Shown here piece by piece: positions 30,939-39,369 of a stretch of DNA of 64,000 nucleotides. Numbering within the stretch: position 1 is the first letter of the stretch; the number at the start of each line of letters is the position of its first letter. The position numbers were made by a program, and so were the translations under genes. The stretch spans positions 32,001 through 96,000 of the IMG/VR virus record IMGVR_UViG_3300008107_000017. One strand, 5' to 3'. This DNA comes from a virus. The notes below the pieces were generated by a model, which saw nothing but the letters and a program-made list of their open reading frames with translations, was not told the origin of the DNA and ran no database searches.

Positions 30939-31931
30939 ATGGATAGACAACAAATTCTTAAAGATATTCAGGCAAAGAGCCAGGCTGCTTTTTCTGAAAT
31001 TAGAACACAGGCATTACAAGAAGCGGTTAGAAATATGTCAGCTGTTGCTGCAACCGGAGACTCAAGTAGCGGTGGGGGTGGTAGAACACCTTCATTGGAA
31101 TTTGTAGTAAATACCTTTGACAGTACTTACTTTGAATTTGATTTTACTTCTACTGGTGAACCTATTGAATTTACAATTGAATGGGGTGATGGTAATGTAC
31201 ATGTGGATTCAGGTGGTGGTGGCTATTACAGCGAAAACCATACATATGATGAGATTGGCGATTACACAGTTAAAGTATACTTTGATGATCCTCTAAAAAT
31301 CTTACAATTAAATTTTCCTGGTGATGGTGATGCACCTATTAAGTCAATATCACGTTTACAAACCCTTGCTAATTTACAAGAATTTAGGGCAGACTATAAT
31401 GCGTTAGAAAGTGTAGATTTTTCTGGTTTAACAAACCTTACATATATTGATATAAGTGACTGTGATCTTGTTGATACAAACACACCATCATTAACTTCTG
31501 TTAATTTATCAGGTTGCTATAATTTAATTGAGCTTCGTGTAGACGATAGTGATTTTTCAGGTGGATTCCCAGATCTTGTAGGATTAGTTAATCTTGAATT
31601 TTTTGATGCTGACCAATCTCTTATTGCAGGTAGTCTTGACATATCAATGTTACCTTCATTAACTGGATTTGATCTTAATGGAAATACAGATTTAACCGAG
31701 ATAATTATTGATAGCAGTCAACCTCTAGGTAATGGCGGCTATGATGTAAATGCATATAACTGTGACCTAACGGAAGAAGCGGTAGATAACATCTTAGTTG
31801 CTCTTTCTACAAACGGTGTATCAGGTGGATATGTTGAGTTAAACGGAGGAACTAATGCTACTCCTAGCGCAACTGGTCTTGCTGCTAAAGCGGTCCTAGA
31901 AGGTAACGGCTGGACGGTTGACGTTAACTAA
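30939..31931 (+). CDS. PKD-like plus leucine-rich-repeat protein
   Basis: IEWGDG...HTY...YTVKV followed by LxxLxxxxN/C repeats. Confidence 0.7.
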   Translation: MDRQQILKDIQAKSQAAFSEIRTQALQEAVRNMSAVAATGDSSSGGGGRTPSLEFVVNTFDSTYFEFDFTSTGEPIEFTIEWGDGNVHVDSGGGGYYSENHTYDEIGDYTVKVYFDDPLKILQLNFPGDGDAPIKSISRLQTLANLQEFRADYNALESVDFSGLTNLTYIDISDCDLVDTNTPSLTSVNLSGCYNLIELRVDDSDFSGGFPDLVGLVNLEFFDADQSLIAGSLDISMLPSLTGFDLNGNTDLTEIIIDSSQPLGNGGYDVNAYNCDLTEEAVDNILVALSTNGVSGGYVELNGGTNATPSATGLAAKAVLEGNGWTVDVN

Positions 31932-31947
31932 TAAAATAACTCCATGA

Positions 31948-34900
31948 ATGGCAGTAGTAACCTTAAAGGATCTTATGGATCCTCTAACCAAGATAGCAAA
32001 GTCGACTGAAGAAACTGCATCAAAATTAGATGCTGTGGTTGCTGCTGTTGCCGGTGGAAGTAGTGGGCAGTTAAGTCAAGCAATTGTAGCCGAATTACAA
32101 GTACAGACAGATTTATTAAAACAGATTGCTACAAATACGAAAAATGGTGCAATATCCGTAGGAGGTAAACCTATGGATAAAGATAAACTTAAAGAAGGAG
32201 CAGAAGCCATCAAAATGTTAGGTGGTGGTGCTTCTTCTTTAGCGTTCGGTCTATTAACTTTTATGCTAGTACCTAAAGGTGCTATTAGAAAATTTTCATC
32301 AACCATTAAGGAAATAATGGCTGTCTTTGATGATTTAGATACAAAAAAGATTAAAGAAGGGTCAGAAGCATTTGAAAAAATAGCAGCAAACATAGGTAAA
32401 TTTGCAAGAGGGCTGGCTGCGGCTGCATTCTTACTTATACCAGGATATGTAGGTGCTCTTTTACTTAAAGCTACATTAAAGATATTACTTCCTACATTTG
32501 AAATGATAGGAAAGAAAAGTAAAGTGATAAGTAAAGGCGCCGATGCATTAGGCCTAATGGGTGACTCATTAATTAAATTTGCAAAAGGGCTTGTAGTAGT
32601 TGCAATTGCTTCTATTATAGGTATTGTTATGGCTCCTGTTATATTACTGACCGTAGTATTATTTGCAGGAGCATTTGCACTATTAGGTAAATTTGATAGA
32701 CCAATCAGACAGGGTGCCCGAGCTCTTTTATTAATGGGAAGATCATTAGTTTTCTTTAGTGCCGGATTAGTTCTATTTGCTTTAGCTTCTCTATTTATCT
32801 TATTAAACCCAATCATTCTGCTAGCAATGGTAGGAACTCTTGTTCTTATAAGTGGAGCATTTGCTCTTATAGGATTATTTGATAAGCAAATCAGAAAGGG
32901 TGCGGTTGGTTTATTAATTATGGGATTGAGCTTAATAGTATTTTCTGTTGGGTACCTAGTGTTTGCAATGGTAACAAAAGATATAACTCTTGAAAGATTA
33001 GGTATACAATCAGCAATTTTAATTGGTGTCGGAGCTGCTGTTGCTGCGGCTGGATTACTTGCTAGTCAATTAATTAAAGGGGCTATAGGGGTTGCTGCTA
33101 TGGGACTTGGATTACTTGTATTTAGTCTTGGATATTTACCGTTTGCCAAGGTAACAGAGGATATGACTCTGAAAGATGTAGGTGTACAATCAGGTATCCT
33201 ATTAGCATTAGGTTTAGAATTTGCTGCGGCTGGTGCTGGGGCATTATTTATATTAGCTGGGTCTGCAGCATTTGCTGCAGTTGGAATATCTTTAGCTGTA
33301 TTATCTGGTGGTTTGGCTTTATTTAAAGCAGTAGGTTTTACTGAGGATGATGCTTCTGCTATGACAACTACTTTAGTTGGTATTAAATCAGCATTCTTAG
33401 GTAATGCCGATGCAGATGAAGGATTTTTTGCTAAATTAGGCGGAGCTATTACTGGCGCAGTCGATGCTGTTAGGATGGTTGAAGCCGCTGCTGGTTTTAC
33501 TGCTGCTGGTATTGCATTAACAACATTATCATTTGGTCTTAATAAGTTTAAAGAAGTTGGATGGAATGATGAGTTATCTAAAGAATTGGTAACAATGTTA
33601 AATGGTGTTACTACTGCATTTGCATTAGCAGGATCAAGCGAACAGGTACCTAGTTCATCTTTCTTTGGTCAAATGTTTGGATTTAAGAGAACTGCGGTTG
33701 AAGAAGGTATTAATTCAGTGCTAGGCGCCGGTAGAGCATTAAAAGATATTGCCAAAGGCCTAAAAGAATTCCAATCTCTTATTGATAGCGGAGTTAGTTT
33801 TGGCCAACCTGATGGTAATGGTAATTATGAAGAAGGTACATTAGGTTATGCTGTTACAAACACAGTAGGATTTATTAGAACTGCTTTTGCCGCCGTAGCC
33901 AATGAAGGAAATGTCCAAGGTGGTGGTTTCTTTGATACTTTATTTAATGTTAAACAGAATAAGGTACAGGAAGGTATCCAATCAGTTATGGGAACCGGTA
34001 AAGCGCTTAAAGACATCGCAGAGGGTCTTAAATCATTCCAGGCATTAATTGATGGTGGTGTTCAATTTGGACAACCTGATGCAAACGGAAGATATGCTCC
34101 TGGTACATTAGGTTATGCTGTTACAAATACCGTAGGTTTTGTTAGCGAAGCTTTTGCTGCGGTTGCAAGTCAAGGTAATGTACAGGCAGGTGGAATTATG
34201 GGATCTCTTTTTGGAATTGAAAAGAATAAAGTTGCTGAAGGTATTGATTCTGTAAAGGGTGCAGGTCAAGAACTTACTAATATTGCAACAGGTCTTAAAA
34301 CATTCCAAGACATGGTTGATCAAAATATTAACTGGGATACATTAGCAGGTGCTGTTAAAAAATCAATTACCTTTGTAGGAGAAGCCTTTGCTTCAATAGG
34401 TGGAATGGAACAAGAGGATGGGTGGTTTATTTTTAGCTGGGATGAAAACCTTGTCCAAAAGGGTGTCGAGAGTGTAAAGGGTGCTGGTGAGCAACTTAAT
34501 TTAATTGCAAATGGTCTTAAGTCTTTTCAAGATATGATTTCTAATAATGTTGATTTTGAAAAGTTAGGATATACGATTAAAAATACCCTTATGTTTGTAG
34601 GTGATGCATTTATGGCAATAGGTGGAAAAGAACAGGAAGATTCAACTGGATTAAGTTCTCTGTTTGGTATAAGCTGGGATGAAAACCTTGTTCAAAAAGG
34701 TATTGAGAATGTAAAGGGTGCAGGTAAAGAATTAGAAAATATTGCAAAAGGTTTACAGGCATTTACGGATCTTAAGAATCCACAAGCAATTGCAAAAAGC
34801 ATTAAAGAGATCTTTACATCAATAGGTGATACATTTACATATTACTATGAGAAACCTAAATTTAAGTCCCAGGTCGATCATATGCAAGGATTTATTTCTG

Positions 34901-35286
34901 AAATATCTAAGAATGCTGGAAAAGGACTTATTCATAAAGCTGCTGAAGGTATGGATAAAATGGCTGCCGCTATTAATAAGATAGATGCAGATAAAGCAGA
35001 ATCATTTGCAAATCTATTTAAGGGCGCAGGTGAATTAAGTAACAATGCAGCTGCATATGCTCAATTACTTAGTGCCGTCGAAGACATTAGAGATGCGTTA
35101 AATCAAAGTAATACTTCTACTGCTACCACCACAACAACATCTGATGGTAATGCTGGCGGTGGAGGCGGAGATAAAGGTCTTTCAGTAACTCTTAGAAGTA
35201 TTAATACTACTTTAGGTAACCTAAATTCTACAATGAGTGGTTTACCTGGAAAAATTGCCGTACTCATTCCTACCGAAGGTAATTAA
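31948..35286 (+). CDS. Tape-measure-like protein with hydrophobic and periodic repeats
   Basis: 1112 aa, Ala/Gly-rich, repeated ~80-90 aa units; follows the tail chaperone genes. Confidence 0.7.
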   Translation: MAVVTLKDLMDPLTKIAKSTEETASKLDAVVAAVAGGSSGQLSQAIVAELQVQTDLLKQIATNTKNGAISVGGKPMDKDKLKEGAEAIKMLGGGASSLAFGLLTFMLVPKGAIRKFSSTIKEIMAVFDDLDTKKIKEGSEAFEKIAANIGKFARGLAAAAFLLIPGYVGALLLKATLKILLPTFEMIGKKSKVISKGADALGLMGDSLIKFAKGLVVVAIASIIGIVMAPVILLTVVLFAGAFALLGKFDRPIRQGARALLLMGRSLVFFSAGLVLFALASLFILLNPIILLAMVGTLVLISGAFALIGLFDKQIRKGAVGLLIMGLSLIVFSVGYLVFAMVTKDITLERLGIQSAILIGVGAAVAAAGLLASQLIKGAIGVAAMGLGLLVFSLGYLPFAKVTEDMTLKDVGVQSGILLALGLEFAAAGAGALFILAGSAAFAAVGISLAVLSGGLALFKAVGFTEDDASAMTTTLVGIKSAFLGNADADEGFFAKLGGAITGAVDAVRMVEAAAGFTAAGIALTTLSFGLNKFKEVGWNDELSKELVTMLNGVTTAFALAGSSEQVPSSSFFGQMFGFKRTAVEEGINSVLGAGRALKDIAKGLKEFQSLIDSGVSFGQPDGNGNYEEGTLGYAVTNTVGFIRTAFAAVANEGNVQGGGFFDTLFNVKQNKVQEGIQSVMGTGKALKDIAEGLKSFQALIDGGVQFGQPDANGRYAPGTLGYAVTNTVGFVSEAFAAVASQGNVQAGGIMGSLFGIEKNKVAEGIDSVKGAGQELTNIATGLKTFQDMVDQNINWDTLAGAVKKSITFVGEAFASIGGMEQEDGWFIFSWDENLVQKGVESVKGAGEQLNLIANGLKSFQDMISNNVDFEKLGYTIKNTLMFVGDAFMAIGGKEQEDSTGLSSLFGISWDENLVQKGIENVKGAGKELENIAKGLQAFTDLKNPQAIAKSIKEIFTSIGDTFTYYYEKPKFKSQVDHMQGFISEISKNAGKGLIHKAAEGMDKMAAAINKIDADKAESFANLFKGAGELSNNAAAYAQLLSAVEDIRDALNQSNTSTATTTTTSDGNAGGGGGDKGLSVTLRSINTTLGNLNSTMSGLPGKIAVLIPTEGN
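33835..34127 (+). repeat. Internal DNA duplication in the tape measure gene
   Basis: GGTACATTAGGTTATGCTGTTACAAA at 33835 and 34102, 267 nt (89 codons) apart. Confidence 0.85.
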
Positions 35287-35371
35287 TAAATCTTTTTCTT
35301 AGAAACCTAAAACTAAGTTATCTGGTTACTATATAAAATTAACGGATTGTTCCACTAAAAGTATAGTAATT

Positions 35372-36166
35372 ATGGATAAGAGTATTGTTTGGTTTGATTT
35401 AGAAACTACTGGTGTTAACACAGCAACAGATAGGATTATTGAGATCTGTATGATCAAAACTGATTTTGAAGGTAATGAGATCTCATCTTTTTATACACTC
35501 GTAAATCCTGGGCCTGGTATTGAATGGCGCCAAGAAGCGATTGATAAACATGGAATCACACCAGATATGCTCGAAGACCAGGATAGGTTTGAATATATTG
35601 CCAAAGAAGTTATGGACTTTATAGGTGATAGCGACCTCGGTGGTTATAATGCACTTTACTTTGATATCCCAATGCTTACTGAAGAATTTATGCGAGCTGG
35701 TCTTGTATTTAATCCTCGCGGTAAGGCCGTTATTGATCCGTTCCTAATCTATTCTAAATACGAAAGACGAGATCTTAGTACTGCATATACCAAGTACACA
35801 GGTAAAACTTTAGATGGTGCACACCGTGCAGAAGCAGATATTCGTGCAACAATGGAAATCTTCCAGGCACAACGTAAACTATATGATATGCCAGGATCTG
35901 CTGCCGAAATTGACCAAGCGGTTAATGAGTCTCGTCAAACGCAAGTTGACCTAAGCGGTAAGTTTAAGTTTGCCGAAATTAACGGGAAAAAAGAAATCAT
36001 CTTTAATTTTGGAAAATGGGCAGGTAAACCTTTTAAAGAAGTTTATGAAGCAGATTCCAGATATATTGAATGGATGATTGATAAAGGTGAATTTGCAAAA
36101 GAAACCAAAATCATTGCAAGAAAGCTTATAGAAAAGTTAAAGGCAGAGTCTCCAATGCCATTCTAA
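35372..36166 (+). CDS. DEDDh 3'-5' exonuclease (DNA Pol III epsilon-like)
   Basis: FDLETTG, GYN...FD, AHRAEAD and C-terminal FNFGKWAG. Confidence 0.88.
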   Translation: MDKSIVWFDLETTGVNTATDRIIEICMIKTDFEGNEISSFYTLVNPGPGIEWRQEAIDKHGITPDMLEDQDRFEYIAKEVMDFIGDSDLGGYNALYFDIPMLTEEFMRAGLVFNPRGKAVIDPFLIYSKYERRDLSTAYTKYTGKTLDGAHRAEADIRATMEIFQAQRKLYDMPGSAAEIDQAVNESRQTQVDLSGKFKFAEINGKKEIIFNFGKWAGKPFKEVYEADSRYIEWMIDKGEFAKETKIIARKLIEKLKAESPMPF

Positions 36167-36195
36167 ATTGTTAATAACTTTTTTCATCTGGAGAG

Positions 36196-36245
36196 AAAAA
36201 AGTCTCCCAAATATTTTCAAATCCCAAAAATTTGTTTTATATTTA
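36196..36245 (+). promoter_or_regulatory. Putative early, host-sigma promoter (copy 1 of an extended repeat)
   Basis: AAAAAAGTCT..ATTTTCAAAT..TTGTTTTATATTT matches 48104-48153 with identical spacing. Confidence 0.65.
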
Positions 36246-36262
36246 TATAAAATTAAACGGAT

Positions 36263-36469
36263 ATGGAAAATCAAATTAACAAAGGATCAATCGTAACATA
36301 CCAAGGTGGATTCTACCGGGTATCAAACTGCACAAAGAATACGGTCAATCTAAAGTCTGTCTTTGGAAACCGAGTCTACTTCAAAAGTATTAAGCTTACT
36401 GAAGTTACAGAATCTGCTGCCGCATTCTATGAATACTGGTCTAAGTCTGAAACTTATCAATGCATGTAA
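36263..36469 (+). CDS. Hypothetical protein
   Basis: ORF after the early promoter motif. Confidence 0.55.
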   Translation: MENQINKGSIVTYQGGFYRVSNCTKNTVNLKSVFGNRVYFKSIKLTEVTESAAAFYEYWSKSETYQCM

Positions 36470-36470
36470 T

Positions 36471-36698
36471 ATGATACGAGAAAAACACGAAAGAACTGGC
36501 CCTATAGTAATTGATCTTACAGGCCCTGATGGAAATGCATTCGCACTAATTGGTCTTGCACAAAACTTAGCAAAGCAATTAGGGTATCAACCGAATAGGC
36601 GCGGAGAACTTACCACTGAAATGATGAGTGGTGATTATGAACATCTCCTTCAAGTATTTGATCGCGAATTTGGTAACTTTGTAATTTTAGAAAGATGA
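36471..36698 (+). CDS. Conserved-type small phage protein
   Basis: IDLTGPDGNAFALIG...MSGDYEHL motif. Confidence 0.6.
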   Translation: MIREKHERTGPIVIDLTGPDGNAFALIGLAQNLAKQLGYQPNRRGELTTEMMSGDYEHLLQVFDREFGNFVILER

Positions 36699-36997
36699 AA
36701 ATAGAAATTGAAAAACTCAAACAGATTGAAAATGCCTTAGGGCAATTCGAGGTATGCCGTATCTTTGGTGGCGGTAATCATAATTACCTTCGCTTTGGGT
36801 ATTGGAGACCAACAGATTGGAAAACTCTTCAAGAAATCCTTGGTCATTCTATTGTGGTAGAAGAAGATTCTGACTATGATGATGACTGTGGGTGGAAGTA
36901 TTCCTATGTTCTATATGATCGTATGGAATGGGATATGATTCAAAAGAATCGCCGCGAACAAATGGAATCTTGGAGAGCTCCAGTAAACAATCGTTAA
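36695..36997 (+). CDS. Hypothetical protein
   Basis: ORF coupled to the upstream gene by an ATGA overlap. Confidence 0.55.
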   Translation: MKIEIEKLKQIENALGQFEVCRIFGGGNHNYLRFGYWRPTDWKTLQEILGHSIVVEEDSDYDDDCGWKYSYVLYDRMEWDMIQKNRREQMESWRAPVNNR

Positions 36998-37020
36998 CCG
37001 CGATTATATAAATAAAGGTA

Positions 37021-37037
37021 CGTTCTTTAACATATTG
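37021..37037 (+). promoter_or_regulatory. boxA-like antitermination element before the tmRNA
   Basis: CGTTCTTTAACATATTG; near-identical copy at 37839; resembles rrn boxA TGCTCTTTAACA. Confidence 0.65.
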
Positions 37038-37418
37038 GGGGTGACCAGGTTTTGACGATTAAGCTGAAATTAGGTTACTGATGCAAGCAGGGTTAGATGG
37101 AAACCCTTAAACACCTATCGCACAATAAAAGGCGAAGAGAAATCTTCATTCACCTGGGAAGACGCAATGGCTTTCATTGGTGCTGATTACGCTGTAGCAG
37201 CCTAATCAGTCTCGCACTCATCGTGAGATATTAAAAAGAATGAGAATTCAAGGTCTCGTTCAGAGTACTACCTTATAAGTGAACTCGACATAGTTATTGG
37301 TAACGATGTCAAAATAGGAACCATTTATTTTGGCCATTAAGAAAAATGGCCTAAGCTTGTGAATGAGGGATTTAGGTTCCTTAGTCGGACATGGGTTCGA
37401 ATCCCATCACCTCCACCA
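37037..37418 (+). ncRNA. ssrA: tmRNA; tag ORF 37131-37205 = GEEKSSFTWEDAMAFIGADYAVAA
   Basis: GGGGGTG/CACCTCC-ACCA acceptor with G3:U, TTTGAC 5' motif, T-arm GGGTTCGAATCCC, tag ending YAVAA-stop. Confidence 0.93.
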
Positions 37419-37421
37419 AAA

Positions 37422-37478
37422 AGGATGCATACAGCAACTTTGGACTAGACTTGTAAACTACAACCCAATGCATCCTGT
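37422..37478 (+). ncRNA. 57-nt ACAGCAA-motif structured element, copy 1
   Basis: AGGATGCAT/ATGCATCCT stem enclosing ACAGCAA; second copy at 38111. Confidence 0.55.
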
Positions 37479-37482
37479 TTCT

Positions 37483-37555
<73 letters not shown>

Positions 37556-37573
37556 CAAATTCTCACACATGTG

Positions 37574-37600
37574 AAACAAACACAATGTGAGTATATATAA
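37574..37600 (+). promoter_or_regulatory. AAAC-N17-ATATAA promoter motif upstream of the leader ORF
   Basis: Same spaced motif at about 12 sites (see findings). Confidence 0.6.
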
Positions 37601-37621
37601 ATAACAAATAAAACAATTTCA

Positions 37622-37717
37622 ATGCAACTGCACGGATGTACATATTGGATTCTTAGTAATGTGGAAAAGAATTTTCCGCAGGCGGATTCAATTACACCAA
37701 GTCCAGGCAGGAGCTGA
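37622..37717 (+). CDS. Putative attenuator leader peptide MQLHGCTYWILSNVEKNFPQADSITPSPGRS (all 20 amino acids)
   Basis: A-rich leader before the ATG, double stop TGA-TAA, 3' end complementary to the downstream terminator arm. Confidence 0.7.
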   Translation: MQLHGCTYWILSNVEKNFPQADSITPSPGRS

Positions 37718-37740
37718 TAAGATAAAACACTTATAATACT

Positions 37741-37777
37741 AAGCCTCCTGGATAAAAAATTCCGGGAGGCTTTTTTT
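37741..37777 (+). terminator. Intrinsic terminator (putative attenuator) upstream of the tRNA array
   Basis: AAGCCTCCTGGA-taaaaaat-TCCGGGAGGCTT plus T tract. Confidence 0.88.
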
Positions 37778-37786
37778 ATGGGTCTC

Positions 37787-37817
37787 TTTCAGAAAAAGAT
37801 TGAATGAGTTATATTTG
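37787..37817 (+). promoter_or_regulatory. TTTC-N19-TATATTTG host-type promoter for the tRNA array
   Basis: Bacteroidota -7 box TAnnTTTG; same spacing at four other sites. Confidence 0.6.
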
Positions 37818-37838
37818 TTTAGAATAGAATTTCAAATT

Positions 37839-37855
37839 CGTTCTTTGACATATTG
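37839..37855 (+). promoter_or_regulatory. boxA-like element before the tRNA array
   Basis: CGTTCTTTGACATATTG. Confidence 0.65.
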
Positions 37856-37865
37856 AGGTACCAAC

Positions 37866-37951
37866 GGAAAGATGGTAGAGTTGGTTGATTACACCGGTCT
37901 TGAAAACCGGCATACCGCGAGGTATCGGGGGTTCGAATCCCTCTCTTTCCG
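37866..37951 (+). tRNA. tRNA-Ser(TGA)
   Basis: Long variable arm; CCGGT-CTTGAAA-ACCGG. Confidence 0.92.
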
Positions 37952-37959
37952 CTTTAAAT

Positions 37960-38030
37960 TGCCCTCTCGTCTAATGGCAGGACATGTGGTTTTGGTCCAC
38001 AGTGTAGAGGTTCGAATCCTTTGGGGGCAA
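37960..38030 (+). tRNA. tRNA-Gln(TTG)
   Basis: TGTGG-TTTTGGT-CCACA. Confidence 0.9.
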
Positions 38031-38035
38031 CATAT

Positions 38036-38108
38036 AGGGAAGTAGCGCAGTTGGTAGCGCACCTGGTTTGGGACCAGGGGGTCGCAGGTTCGAGCCCTGT
38101 CTTCCCTA
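38036..38108 (+). tRNA. tRNA-Pro(TGG)
   Basis: CCTGG-TTTGGGA-CCAGG. Confidence 0.92.
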
Positions 38109-38110
38109 CA

Positions 38111-38167
38111 AGGATACATACAGCAAATTTTATCAAACTGCAACTTTGAAGCCAAAACGTATCCTGT
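38111..38167 (+). ncRNA. 57-nt ACAGCAA-motif structured element, copy 2
   Basis: AGGATAC/GTATCCT stem with a compensatory change relative to copy 1. Confidence 0.55.
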
Positions 38168-38172
38168 ATTTT

Positions 38173-38245
38173 GCCTCTGTAGCTCAGTTGGTAGAGCTAC
38201 TGATTTGTAATCAGTGGGTCGTAGGTTCGAATCCTATCGGAGGCT
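38173..38245 (+). tRNA. tRNA-Thr(TGT)
   Basis: ACTGA-TTTGTAA-TCAGT. Confidence 0.92.
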
Positions 38246-38257
38246 CAAACATTATTT

Positions 38258-38331
38258 GGTCCGTTCGTCTAATTGGTTAGGACATCTCCCTTTCACGGAG
38301 AAGCTTACGGGTTCGATCCCCGTACGGACTA
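38258..38331 (+). tRNA. tRNA-Glu(TTC)
   Basis: TCTCC-CTTTCAC-GGAGA. Confidence 0.9.
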
Positions 38332-38337
38332 CAACAT

Positions 38338-38412
38338 TGCGGGGTGGACTGGAGATGGTTCCAGCTCGGTCTCATAAGCCGAACCACATGGGTTCGATTC
38401 CCATCCCCGCAA
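38338..38412 (+). tRNA. tRNA-Met(CAT), with initiator-like acceptor stem
   Basis: TGCGGGG/CCCCGCA acceptor; TCGGT-CTCATAA-GCCGA. Confidence 0.85.
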
Positions 38413-38519
38413 CAAAGGTGGTATCTAGACGAAAATGAAATTCCTGCTGTGAAGTCGACTTAATCAGCATATTCAGAAGTAGAAATGAAGGATCGCAAAT
38501 CTTTCGCCACCCTCTTATT

Positions 38520-38596
38520 GGCTCGTTAGTAGAGATGGTTACAATGTCGCCCTGTCACGGCGAAGGTCACGGGTTCGAGTCCCGTACGGGCCGCCA
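38520..38596 (+). tRNA. tRNA-Asp(GTC)
   Basis: TCGCC-CTGTCAC-GGCGA; encoded CCA. Confidence 0.92.
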
Positions 38597-38668
38597 AAAA
38601 ATGCCGAGGTTAATGCATAACCTAAAGTAACACGTACGGTTACACAGTAGGAAGGCTACCTACACTTT

Positions 38669-38742
38669 GGGGGTATAGCTCAGTTGGCTAGAGCATCTGC
38701 CTTGCACGCAGAGGGTCGTGGGTTCGAATCCCTCTACCTCCA
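38669..38742 (+). tRNA. tRNA-Ala(TGC)
   Basis: G3:U70; TCTGC-CTTGCAC-GCAGA. Confidence 0.93.
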
Positions 38743-38746
38743 CTAA

Positions 38747-38819
38747 GATCTCGTAGCTCAGTTGGTAGAGCAATACACTTTTAATGTATGGGCCGCGCGT
38801 TCGAGCCGCGCCGGGATCA
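38747..38819 (+). tRNA. tRNA-Lys(TTT)
   Basis: ATACA-CTTTTAA-TGTAT. Confidence 0.9.
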
Positions 38820-38919
38820 CAAAAAAATCGTACATCATAGTTTTCCCGTTTAGGATGTAGCTATAAGATGTAAATGTGAAAGGCGCAATCACAGTAGGTT
38901 AAGCGATATCCTACAACTT

Positions 38920-39000
38920 GCCGAAGTGGTGGAATGGTATACACGCTGGTCTTAGGAACCAGTGCCTAACGGCTTAAGGGTTCGAGTCCCTTCTTCGGTA
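38920..39000 (+). tRNA. tRNA-Leu(TAG)
   Basis: CTGGT-CTTAGGA-ACCAG; long variable arm. Confidence 0.92.
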
Positions 39001-39005
39001 CTAAT

Positions 39006-39080
39006 GCACCCTTAGCTCAGTGGGAGAGCATCTGCCTTACATGCAGAGGGTCGGTGGTTCGAAACCATCAGGGTGCACCA
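39006..39080 (+). tRNA. tRNA-Val(TAC)
   Basis: TCTGC-CTTACAT-GCAGA; encoded CCA. Confidence 0.92.
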
Positions 39081-39202
39081 AGAGAGATAGTGAAGCTGTA
39101 TGATATGGTCTTAATCCCGCTGACTGTCAAAAAGGCATTAGGAGATTCAGATGTGTTGATTATATCACAGAATGCCCGAAAGACCCGAAGTCTCTCTTTT
39201 AT

Positions 39203-39285
39203 TGGAAGGTGGGTGAGTGGTTAAAACCGGCAGACTGTAAATCTGCTCTCTTCGGAGTACGGCGGTTCGAATCCGTCCCTTCCAA
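39203..39285 (+). tRNA. tRNA-Tyr(GTA)
   Basis: GCAGA-CTGTAAA-TCTGC; long variable arm. Confidence 0.92.
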
Positions 39286-39290
39286 CATTT

Positions 39291-39364
39291 GGACCTTTAG
39301 CTCAGTTGGTTAGAGCATCGGACTCATAATCCGCAGGTCGCAGGTTCGAGCCCTGCAAGGTCCA
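39291..39364 (+). tRNA. tRNA(CAT), probably Ile2 (lysidine) rather than Met
   Basis: GGACCTTTAGCTCAG body and GACTCATAATC arm resemble bacterial Ile2. Confidence 0.8.
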
Positions 39365-39369
39365 CATTT

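Noticed and set aside
32076-32816. 246-aa minus-strand ORF
   Set aside because: Antisense shadow of the hydrophobic tape measure gene, with no promoter motif or recognisable domain.
33835-34700. DGR template/variable repeat pair
   Set aside because: The repeats are in-frame tape-measure duplications without adenine-specific variation, and there is no reverse transcriptase in the window.
36169-36177. DnaA-box-like TGTTAATAA / replication origin
   Set aside because: A single degenerate copy in AT-rich DNA is insufficient evidence.
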